DNA of 26,552 nt from an uncultured virus (IMG/VR IMGVR_UViG_3300005747_000147) (taxonomy: Duplodnaviria; Heunggongvirae; Uroviricota; Caudoviricetes): the IMG/VR virus record IMGVR_UViG_3300005747_000147. One strand, given 5' to 3'. Both the position numbers and the translations under genes were made by a program. Shown here one piece after another: positions 18,971-26,026 of this stretch (the first letter of the stretch is position 1; the number at the start of each line of letters is the position of its first letter). The notes under the pieces were generated by a model that saw nothing but the letters and a program-made list of their open reading frames with translations, made no database searches and was not told the origin of the DNA.

Positions 18971-19109
18971 CTTCATCACCTCCGTATTTGATATTGAACT
19001 TTGAAGGGTCGCTACCATGACCCCCAAACGCTACACCTCCGGCTTCCTTATTCAAGTTGCCGCAGGATTCGCAACAAGAGCCTTTGATTATATCCCACCA
19101 AGTTACCAT
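18942..19109 (-). CDS. 55-aa W-tagged microprotein MVTWWDIIKGSCCESCGNLNKEAGGVAFGGHGSDPSKFNIKYGGDEDDEDEEINS
   Basis: Not in the track; translated by hand. Its ATG overlaps the end of the upstream gene, it carries the tag, and it fills the apparent gap. Confidence 0.8.
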   Translation of the reverse strand: MVTWWDIIKGSCCESCGNLNKEAGGVAFGGHGSDPSKFNIKYGGDEDDEDEEINS

Positions 19110-19663
19110 TTGAACATCAACTTCCTCAAAATCGTACCTATTTTGTCTTTACTGAAATCTTTTGTTTCAATCGTAACTATTCTTCTAACTGGGGAGCGGG
19201 AACTACCGTTATCATTCATAAATATCAAATGTAAAACAATATCTACATCTTCCTCTTTACTAGCAATAAGTTCGATTTTAATATTACCCTTTGAACTTTC
19301 AAAAGGAGTGTACTGGTAATGACTATCACCATAACCTTTCAATTCATGGTCGATTGCCATAACTAAACCAGAAACTAAAACATCTGCAAAACCTTCCTTC
19401 AAATAATCTAGTAATTCACAATATTCTTTTTCCGTCGCCTTGCGCTTATCGTTCAGGCTATACTTGTGCTTTATTAATAAAGATGGAAAATCAAATTCTT
19501 TTGGGTTTGTTTCATGTTCATGTTTTTGTTCCGAATACCAAGCATTGAAGTCCCTTTCGCAAGAATTATCCTCAACATTAACTTTAAGTCGAGAAGTATC
19601 TAGTTTACCACCAGTTTTTCCCTTGCCTCTAATTTTGGCATTTTTAAGAATATCCCACCACAT
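19103..19663 (-). CDS. W-tagged paralogue 1 (MWWDILKNAK...LDTSRLKVN)
   Basis: TAATG coupling at 19663; shares a leader of about 35 aa with the two upstream genes. Confidence 0.85.
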   Translation of the reverse strand: MWWDILKNAKIRGKGKTGGKLDTSRLKVNVEDNSCERDFNAWYSEQKHEHETNPKEFDFPSLLIKHKYSLNDKRKATEKEYCELLDYLKEGFADVLVSGLVMAIDHELKGYGDSHYQYTPFESSKGNIKIELIASKEEDVDIVLHLIFMNDNGSSRSPVRRIVTIETKDFSKDKIGTILRKLMFKW

Positions 19664-20313
19664 TATTCCCACCAACTATAACCAAATTTTCTTGCGTCAT
19701 AAAATCCAGAAACTTGATAAACATTATTAGGCGTTCCTCTCTCAAAATCCTCATAATAAGAATCAGTTCCTGCGCTTAAATCTTCTCCATTAGACCAACC
19801 AATCACAACTAATTGCATTTTATCTTTTGAAATAACCAATGAAGTGGTATTGGATTGAAATTCATAAAAACTATCAATAACTATACTATATCCGTCAATC
19901 TCTTCTTTGTCTTCACTACCATAATCACCAGTTGTAGATTTTTTAAGCATATCAATTGCTTTACATGCTACATTTTCGGGAACAGGTTCATATTTATAAT
20001 AAGTCTCTTCATATAAATAAGCATGACTACCCGAATCAAAGTCTTTAGAAGTTGGTTTTTGAAGAATAGTAAAATTTTTTGCCCTATCATTCTGTTCTTC
20101 TTTGAAGACTGCAAAGTGCTTTTTTAGCAATTCATTACCATTATAGCGTTCTCTCAAAAGCAAACTATAATTCTTTAATTTTCTTGCCCACGCTTGTAAT
20201 TGTTTATTACAATTATCATCTTGGATATTAACCTTTAATCTAGAAGTATCGAGAGTAGAACCTTTACCTTTGGCTTTGCCTTTGAGATTTTTTAGAATAT
20301 CGAACCAACTCAT
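19663..20313 (-). CDS. W-tagged paralogue 2 (MSWFDILKNLK...LDTSRLKVN)
   Basis: ATGA coupling at 20310-20313; shared leader; PENVAC. Confidence 0.85.
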   Translation of the reverse strand: MSWFDILKNLKGKAKGKGSTLDTSRLKVNIQDDNCNKQLQAWARKLKNYSLLLRERYNGNELLKKHFAVFKEEQNDRAKNFTILQKPTSKDFDSGSHAYLYEETYYKYEPVPENVACKAIDMLKKSTTGDYGSEDKEEIDGYSIVIDSFYEFQSNTTSLVISKDKMQLVVIGWSNGEDLSAGTDSYYEDFERGTPNNVYQVSGFYDARKFGYSWWE

Positions 20314-20690
20314 AGAAGTTTCCTCCATTCTTCCCAATCCTTAGAGAACACATATAATTCAAAAACCATTTTGTCCTCTAAGGTTATCTTTTTATTAACA
20401 ACACATTTTACCAATAAACCACCAGTGAGGCCAAATTCTTCATTAATAACATGATTCAATCTATTCCAATAACTAACTTCATACCCCATATAATTTTCAA
20501 CTTTCCGATTTTCAGAATCAAGTGTTATATTTTGAAGGTCTTTTATAATTAAACATGCTACCTCTTCAGGCATTTGTTCCCAGTTCTCATAGATGTGTGT
20601 GACAGAACTCAGCCGACTTTCCATTATTAGTTTTCTAAGTTTCTCTTTACATTCATCGTATTGAATATTAACCTTTAATCTAGAAGTATC
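20225..20690. repeat. 26-bp exact direct repeat ATATTAACCTTTAATCTAGAAGTATC at 20225-20250 and 20665-20690
   Basis: Encodes DTSRLKVNI in paralogues 2 and 3; a diverged third copy lies near 19575-19600. Confidence 0.9.
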
Positions 20691-20750
20691 TAAAGTTTTA
20701 CCTTTGCCTTTTGCAGACAACTTGGCATTCTTCAAAATATTCCACCACAT
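20310..20750 (-). CDS. W-tagged paralogue 3 (MWWNILKNAK...LDTSRLKVN)
   Basis: Shared leader; PEEVAC. Confidence 0.85.
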   Translation of the reverse strand: MWWNILKNAKLSAKGKGKTLDTSRLKVNIQYDECKEKLRKLIMESRLSSVTHIYENWEQMPEEVACLIIKDLQNITLDSENRKVENYMGYEVSYWNRLNHVINEEFGLTGGLLVKCVVNKKITLEDKMVFELYVFSKDWEEWRKLL

Positions 20751-20755
20751 TATAA

Positions 20756-21520
20756 TTACTTCCTTTTGCCTTCAAACATCTTATCTTTGTTTTTGGGTTC
20801 AATCATCTTAATTGACTTAGGAACAGAAGCACCACGCATATTACAGCGTCTAAGAATAACTTCTCCTTTAACATTACACTTAGTAAAATCAACGCCTCTT
20901 AAGTCGCAATCTTCAAATGTAACATTTCCAAGAGTAGCATTCTTAAAATCTGCTCTACTAAAGTTACACAGTTTAATTACACCGGCAGGGTCTTGCTTTC
21001 GATAAAAAGCAAAAAGAGCGTTCTTAAAACTACAACGCTTAAATGATATTTTCTTGAGTCGAATAGGAGTGGTTTTCTTTCCTGTCTTTCTTGTAAACTT
21101 ACCTTCGCCACTTGGTTTCGGTTCGGGTTTGGATAAATCCAATTCATACTTACCTTTCTTCTTTTGTCCGGTTTGAGCAATTCCTTCAAACTTAGAACGA
21201 CCAGTGCGACCTGTTCTATTACTTTCTTTTGCTTCCTTTCGGCTGACTCTTTCTTCTACCAAGCGACCTCTTTCATCTCGCTTAGGTGGATATTTCATTT
21301 CAGTATATTTAACAGACTTTCTTCGGTCTATCAGTTTACCATTGAATTTTTCACCATCAAAGGATTTACCATCCATAATCAAGTATTGTCCGGCAGGTAG
21401 TGTACTACTGAACTTTTCTTTTCTATCAACGAATCCCTCAACATGGCCTTCGTCAGTAACCTTTCTTTTCTTGGCTTCTATTTTATCCCACTTTCGCTTT
21501 AGAATACTTTGCCAACTCAT
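20756..21520 (-). CDS. W-tagged basic protein with C-terminal pentapeptide repeats
   Basis: Starts MSWQSILK; CNFSR ADFKN ATLGN VTFED CDLRG VDFTK; also CSFKN and CNMRG. Confidence 0.8.
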   Translation of the reverse strand: MSWQSILKRKWDKIEAKKRKVTDEGHVEGFVDRKEKFSSTLPAGQYLIMDGKSFDGEKFNGKLIDRRKSVKYTEMKYPPKRDERGRLVEERVSRKEAKESNRTGRTGRSKFEGIAQTGQKKKGKYELDLSKPEPKPSGEGKFTRKTGKKTTPIRLKKISFKRCSFKNALFAFYRKQDPAGVIKLCNFSRADFKNATLGNVTFEDCDLRGVDFTKCNVKGEVILRRCNMRGASVPKSIKMIEPKNKDKMFEGKRK

Positions 21521-21529
21521 ATAATCAAC

Positions 21530-22216
21530 TCACTCTTTAATAATACCTTTCCAATCCATTTTATTTGCCTGTTGAAAGGTTTCTGAAAACTTATCGCCAG
21601 TAATGTCAATATCTGGTTCTGTTTCCTGTGAAAGTTTTTTAGAGTCATCTACTACTTTACGAACAAGCGCACTTGTTAAAATAGCAATATAATCAACAAA
21701 TGCACCGCTTCTCATAACTGGAATAATTGCTTGGGTAAGTTCATGTCTTTTCATACTAGGGCTATCCGACATTTTTCTATCAACAATTTTAGTTATTTCT
21801 TTTCTAGACTCAACCATGACCTTTTCCGAAACATCGTTAATTACCTCTTGTAGTGATTGCATCAATTCCTCGGAATCTGGCTTTTCATCATCATTTGGCT
21901 TTTTTTCTTCTATGTTTGATACTGTATCTCTTTCTATAATATCTAACCTTTCTTCCATTTCTGGGTCGTTTAGCATATCTAATCCAACAAGCATCGGTTC
22001 TAATAGAAGAACTTCTGCCATTTTTCTTTTATCAGTAACAGTAAGACCTTCTTCATTTTCAAGTGCTTTAAGAGCATCACCTAAAAGATTTCCACCTAAT
22101 TCAGTCAATTGACTGGTAAGTTGAATTTTTCCGAGAACCTTAGCATAAATACCTCTAGAGTTTTTAATTACATCTCTAAACGAGAAGTCTGCTTTAATGA
22201 TGTTTTCCCAATTCAT
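21530..22216 (-). CDS. Acidic helical protein with the W-tag at both ends
   Basis: Starts MNWENIIK, ends MDWKGIIKE. Confidence 0.85.
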   Translation of the reverse strand: MNWENIIKADFSFRDVIKNSRGIYAKVLGKIQLTSQLTELGGNLLGDALKALENEEGLTVTDKRKMAEVLLLEPMLVGLDMLNDPEMEERLDIIERDTVSNIEEKKPNDDEKPDSEELMQSLQEVINDVSEKVMVESRKEITKIVDRKMSDSPSMKRHELTQAIIPVMRSGAFVDYIAILTSALVRKVVDDSKKLSQETEPDIDITGDKFSETFQQANKMDWKGIIKE

Positions 22217-22220
22217 TCTA

Positions 22221-22448
22221 TTATCCCTTCTGTTTCAGTAATTTTCTCATTTCGTCGAGCATACTCTCTAATTGTTTTATTACCGTAGTTGAGGGAGTAT
22301 TACCGTAAGCACCTTTATAATCATCATTAGCATCTTCCGTAAAGTTATTCAATTTTTTCAAAAAATCACTCATCGCTTGTGCATTTTTATCCATATAAAG
22401 TCTAAACTCTTTATCATCTTCTTCTTTTATTATTTCTTCCCAAGTCAT
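22221..22448 (-). CDS. W-tagged small helical protein (MTWEEIIK)
   Basis: GGGGA RBS; tag. Confidence 0.85.
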   Translation of the reverse strand: MTWEEIIKEEDDKEFRLYMDKNAQAMSDFLKKLNNFTEDANDDYKGAYGNTPSTTVIKQLESMLDEMRKLLKQKG

Positions 22449-22460
22449 GTTATTATCCCC

Positions 22461-22844
22461 TTAATCTTCTGAATCTAGTCGCTTGCTTTGTGCTAGTTCA
22501 ATTGAATCTATTCTAAACAATTTCTCATCATCTTTAAAATTAGTTGCTATAACAACTATTGTATCTTCATCGTATTTCCTGAGTTTGCCAGTTATTTTTA
22601 ATTTAGTCTCCATAAAGGTTTTATCTCTAAGACCTTTAAAAAATCTAGTGTTCGTAACTTTTACAGGATGCTTCTTTTCCATTGACCTAATCAATTTACC
22701 GAGTGCTTCCTTAGTTCCTTTATGCCCTCTAAGGTCATCTTCAACAGCATCAATTAATATTTGGTTAGCACTAAATAGCCTTTTATTTGTCCTACGGTTT
22801 CTTTCACCCATAACTTCTTTTCTAATTGTATCTTCCCAACTCAT
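22461..22844 (-). CDS. Protein with variant W-tag (MSWEDTIRK)
   Basis: AGGAG RBS; its start region is nearly identical to that of the downstream gene. Confidence 0.8.
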   Translation of the reverse strand: MSWEDTIRKEVMGERNRRTNKRLFSANQILIDAVEDDLRGHKGTKEALGKLIRSMEKKHPVKVTNTRFFKGLRDKTFMETKLKITGKLRKYDEDTIVVIATNFKDDEKLFRIDSIELAQSKRLDSED

Positions 22845-22848
22845 GTTA

Positions 22849-23160
22849 TTATCTCCTCTTTTTTTTGCTAAATAATTTATGTGTGTAATAGGCGTTCATT
22901 GGTTCTCCCATTCCAGTTACTCTTACACCCACATTATATTTTCCATCTCGAAGGTGAAATTCAACCTCAATTTCAGCATTAGGTAAAAAACCATCAAGTT
23001 CTTTTTGTAAGAATGTCTCTAATTTATCTGCTTCTTCTTTACTAGGTTCAACATGCCTTTTTAAATTACGATTAAGTAAATAGTCTATTTTACCCTTTAC
23101 CTTTTTCATAGCCTTTTCCCTATCTTGATAAGGGCCTTTGACTATTTCTTTCCAATTCAT
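22849..23160 (-). CDS. W-tagged protein (MNWKEIVK), first gene of the long minus-strand run
   Basis: AGGGGA RBS; tag. Confidence 0.85.
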   Translation of the reverse strand: MNWKEIVKGPYQDREKAMKKVKGKIDYLLNRNLKRHVEPSKEEADKLETFLQKELDGFLPNAEIEVEFHLRDGKYNVGVRVTGMGEPMNAYYTHKLFSKKKRR

Positions 23161-23294
23161 GCTATATCCCCTATTAAAATTAATGAAAAGTCGTTTTTGA
23201 AAAAATGTGGCGGAATTTTTGTGGCACTAGCAAAATTTTTTAATTGATTTATTATGTATTCCCAGTTTAAAAATAGTTATTTTAATAATAATAT

Positions 23295-23516
23295 TTAGAA
23301 TAGTTTTGTTTGTTTAGTTTTATTAGGATGCATTAGTGTTATAATATCTTCTTTTAATAGTTTTAGTTTTAATGCTATTTGCTGTAATTGCTTCTTATTA
23401 ACGCTATTAGTCTGTATATTACGCTTTGATGTAGATTGCCTTATATCTATTAGTATAGGAGTAATGATTTCAATGATGCGGTTTAATTCGTTTAATACCT
23501 CATTATCGTCAGTCAT
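23295..23516 (-). CDS. Small coiled-coil protein ending KQTKLF
   Basis: GGGGAG RBS 4 nt before the ATG; isolated gene in the AT-rich region. Confidence 0.6.
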   Translation of the reverse strand: MTDDNEVLNELNRIIEIITPILIDIRQSTSKRNIQTNSVNKKQLQQIALKLKLLKEDIITLMHPNKTKQTKLF

Positions 23517-23691
23517 ATGACTCCCCTGCTAATGCCTATCCGTATTGGGTATTAAGCGTATCGTTTTTAGGGGCAATAAGTTGAACTATGCGGCGTTTAT
23601 ATTAATAATAACATGTTTAATAGAGTTATATTCATTAAAATAGCCTTATAATATGTTATTTTAATAATAAATCAATAAATAAAAAATTTAG

Positions 23692-23710
23692 ACAAAGCCA
23701 TATGGTTGTA
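23692..23710 (-). promoter_or_regulatory. Leftward-oriented degenerate copy of the CCATATGG palindrome
   Basis: Minus strand reads TACAACCATATGGCTTTGT; no TATAC at the 25-bp offset. Confidence 0.55.
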
Positions 23711-23913
23711 TAACTTGAGGTAATTGCTGATAATGGTAGTCTATATAGACATATTTAGAAAGTATGTTATAACTAAATATAAATAGCAATAGACTAAATA
23801 TAAGCCAAATCTATACCAACGAAGGCCATAAAGCGCAATACATTCTATGGATAATAATGAAATCAAATGCCAATGACTACCATATCATAGACCTATATAG
23901 AACCTAATAGACA

Positions 23914-23956
23914 CAACCATATGGTTGCTTTGCTTCCTCAGACTTTATACCTATTG
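23914..23956 (+). promoter_or_regulatory. Cassette 1 promoter: CAACCATATGGTTG palindrome and TTTATACCTATTG TATA-like box
   Basis: Perfect 14-bp palindrome at 23914-23927; TATAC at 23946. Confidence 0.75.
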
Positions 23957-23984
23957 ACAACATAATAATACAGGAGAGAGAAAT

Positions 23985-24194
23985 ATGATAGAAGCACTAC
24001 AACGACACCTAATTGGAGCAATTACCCAACTGCATGTAATGAAAGCAGTCCAAGACGAACAATACGAGATAGCCGAGGAATACCCAGTTTGGGAAGAAGA
24101 AGGAACGCTTGATTTTCTGATAATGGCTTGGGATTTCGTACAATTTGAAGAATGGCGAGATTGGGCTAACCAATTCTACGGAGGCGGTCTTTGA
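23985..24194 (+). CDS. Small acidic Trp-rich hypothetical protein
   Basis: AGGAGAG RBS; first gene after promoter 1. Confidence 0.8.
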   Translation: MIEALQRHLIGAITQLHVMKAVQDEQYEIAEEYPVWEEEGTLDFLIMAWDFVQFEEWRDWANQFYGGGL

Positions 24195-24400
24195 TGTATT
24201 TGAGGAGTAGAATGCAATTACATGATGTGCCTTTGTCTTTGTTTGAAATGTGGACTTCATTACCGAATACAACAATTCACATTTCCAAGAATTACATATG
24301 GGCTACATGGTCGGACAACGGACAATTACTCGACCTTTGGCTAATTGATGAAGATGTTGCCGAATATAAGGAAAAATACCAATTGGAGGAAGAAGAATGA
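24194..24400 (+). CDS. Small hypothetical protein (68 aa)
   Basis: GGAGG RBS and TGATG coupling at 24194. Confidence 0.75.
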   Translation: MYLRSRMQLHDVPLSLFEMWTSLPNTTIHISKNYIWATWSDNGQLLDLWLIDEDVAEYKEKYQLEEEE

Positions 24401-24885
24401 AAACAGAACAAATGAAGAAAGAAGTGAGAATATATCCATATGAACATATTATGATGGATGACGACTTGGGCGGTGTAGTTATTTTTACTAATCCCGAACA
24501 TCACCCCGACGACCATTATCGAGGAAGAGGAATGTATCATAATTGGAGTATGGAGTCTTGGTCGCATGAAAAGTTTGCTATGCAAATGCTATTCGACTTA
24601 ATCCAAGTCACAGATATTCCTCAACAGATTTATGTCACTGAAATACAGAAAATGGTGAAATGGCAAAAAGTAGAGGCATTGTATGAAACATATGGTAAAC
24701 GAGGTAATATCACCGTCGAAAAATGTCCTTATTGTGATTCAAAGAACATTGAGTATGATGGTGACATGGAGACTGATGGTTGTTCTGCTGATTGGGCTAC
24801 TTGGGCCTATTGGAGTATCAATTGCAACGATTGTGATTTCGGCATCAATGGAAAATATGTGGAGTCATCCGGTGGTAATTGGTAA
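24397..24885 (+). CDS. Hypothetical protein with C-terminal Zn ribbon
   Basis: ATGA coupling; CPYC...CNDC. Confidence 0.8.
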   Translation: MKTEQMKKEVRIYPYEHIMMDDDLGGVVIFTNPEHHPDDHYRGRGMYHNWSMESWSHEKFAMQMLFDLIQVTDIPQQIYVTEIQKMVKWQKVEALYETYGKRGNITVEKCPYCDSKNIEYDGDMETDGCSADWATWAYWSINCNDCDFGINGKYVESSGGNW

Positions 24886-24912
24886 TCAATACCTGCATCA
24901 ATTCGTGAATTA

Positions 24913-24955
24913 GGGGAGAATCGGCCGTAATTGGTCGGTTCTCTCCATTTTTTTT
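24913..24955 (+). terminator. Hairpin + poly-T terminator
   Basis: GGGGAGAATCGGCC / GGTCGGTTCTCTCC 14-bp stem (3 G-U), then A and T8. Confidence 0.85.
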
Positions 24956-24977
24956 GTTTTCGGGGTTTGCTACGCTA

Positions 24978-25025
24978 CAAAGCACAACCATATGGTGTGC
25001 TTTGACGGCCTGATTATATACTATT
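24978..25025 (+). promoter_or_regulatory. Cassette 2 promoter: CAAAGCAC-A-ACCATATGGT-GTGCTTTG palindrome and TTATATACTATT
   Basis: Extended palindrome at 24978-25004; TATAC at 25017. Confidence 0.75.
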
Positions 25026-25039
25026 CGCACCAATAGTAT

Positions 25040-25642
25040 TGCTTCGTGGCGAAGTGGCTTAATTATTCGGTTGTAACTGAATAGGAAAGGTGAAAAATAT
25101 GGACAAACAAAAATATGATATGAAAGCAAACGAGATTTTAGTATGGTTGAATGTGAATGATGCAGGTGCTTTAGGCCCAGTTATCGAAGCGACATTGAAG
25201 GCCGGATTGACAGCAGACAGCGATGAAGACCGAGATAAGTTTTGGTCGTCGGTTCGGTCATTGTGCGGTACTCTCCCAAACTCCCCGATTCGCAGAGGTA
25301 TTCAATCCAGCCTCACAGCGGAACAGAGTGCAAATGTGGATTCTGTAATCAATCGTATCGAGAGTGCATTTGCTTCAATTGGTGAAGCAGACCTCATTCT
25401 TGATGTAATGCACCCACGACAGCGTGGCGATTCAATCGGTCATTATGGCTCAATTGAAGATTGGGCTTCAAACATGGCTCAATCTGTCGAGCGACAGTTG
25501 AAACTTGCAATTAAGGAAAACCGTTGGTCAGGCGAATTGACTGACGGACTAACAAACATGGCCCTCAAAGAGCCAAAGGCAACAGATACGGAGGATTCCT
25601 CCGAGGAATGATTGAGTAATTGAGACACTTCGCCATGTCGCA
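25040..25642 (+). repeat. 33-nt imperfect inverted repeat (25040-25072 / 25610-25642) enclosing one gene
   Basis: As plus-strand RNA: 24 Watson-Crick pairs, 6 G-U pairs, 3 mismatches, no gaps. Confidence 0.85.
25099..25611 (+). CDS. Hypothetical acidic helical protein (170 aa, MDKQKYDM...), sole gene of cassette 2
   Basis: AGGTGA RBS favours ATG 25099; visibly more GC-rich than the structural genes. Confidence 0.85.
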   Translation: MDKQKYDMKANEILVWLNVNDAGALGPVIEATLKAGLTADSDEDRDKFWSSVRSLCGTLPNSPIRRGIQSSLTAEQSANVDSVINRIESAFASIGEADLILDVMHPRQRGDSIGHYGSIEDWASNMAQSVERQLKLAIKENRWSGELTDGLTNMALKEPKATDTEDSSEE

Positions 25643-25682
25643 CCCCTTCCTGCCCAAATCGGGCGGGGAGGGGCTTTTTTTT
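25643..25682 (+). terminator. Hairpin + poly-T terminator
   Basis: CCCCTTCCTGCCC / GGGCGGGGAGGGG 13-bp stem, then C and T8. Confidence 0.85.
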
Positions 25683-25712
25683 GGATTTCAAAAAAGGTTG
25701 GTCTAAAGACCA

Positions 25713-25762
25713 CAAAGCACAACCATATGGTTGCTTTGTTTCCCTGCATAATATACCTATTG
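25713..25762 (+). promoter_or_regulatory. Cassette 3 promoter: CAAAGCACAACCATATGGTTGCTTTG and AATATACCTATTG
   Basis: Perfect 14-bp core at 25720-25733; TATAC at 25752. Confidence 0.75.
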
Positions 25763-25790
25763 CATACTAAGTATCATGCGAAAGGAGATT

Positions 25791-25901
25791 ATGTGCGAAT
25801 GCAACGAAACAACATGGTATGACGATAATGGCGGAACGGTGGCATTTGTTGATGCCATGCGTTATGTTTTGAGTATCTGTAAATGTGAGGTGAAAGAATG
25901 A
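25791..25901 (+). CDS. 36-aa Cys microprotein MCECNETTWYDDNGGTVAFVDAMRYVLSICKCEVKE
   Basis: Not in the track. AGGAGA RBS; an in-frame ATG at 25776 could be a leaderless start; ATGA-coupled to the next gene. Confidence 0.65.
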   Translation: MCECNETTWYDDNGGTVAFVDAMRYVLSICKCEVKE

Positions 25902-26026
25902 GTGTGCATAACGGAAACTGCGAAGTATTTGTTGATTGTGCTAAGTGTAATGCTTTCATCAGTAATTGGACTTATCACAACAAAGCGTATTTTTGTATAA
26001 ATTGTATTGATGAGGTGACTGAATGA
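25898..26026 (+). CDS. 42-aa Zn-finger microprotein (CAKC...CINC)
   Basis: Not in the track. GAGGTGA RBS; ATGA overlaps at both ends. Confidence 0.75.
   Translation: MSVHNGNCEVFVDCAKCNAFISNWTYHNKAYFCINCIDEVTE

Noticed and set aside
18976..19103. GC-richer gap as a tRNA or ncRNA
   Set aside because: No cloverleaf or T-loop consensus; explained by the 55-aa tagged ORF.
9908..21189. Alternative-frame minus ORFs 9908..10099, 10147..10353, 13828..14043, 20977..21189
   Set aside because: Nested in other frames of well-supported genes, with no independent signals.
86..22875. Plus-strand ORFs in the track (e.g. 2756..3088, 10739..11110, 15317..15865, 19017..19319, 22483..22875)
   Set aside because: Antisense shadows of K/E-rich minus-strand genes; S/L/F-rich, with no coupling pattern.
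25040..25642. Inverted repeat as IS/MITE ends, retron a1/a2 arms or a bulge-helix-bulge splice site
   Set aside because: No transposase or reverse transcriptase motifs and no clear target duplication; mismatches are symmetric (2x2, 1x1), not 3-nt bulges around a 4-bp helix.
23692..25738. CCATATGG palindromes as a CRISPR array or attC-type integron sites
   Set aside because: Spacing is 0.2-1.1 kb and irregular, with genes between; no cas or integrase gene seen; the fixed offset to TATAC fits a promoter element better.
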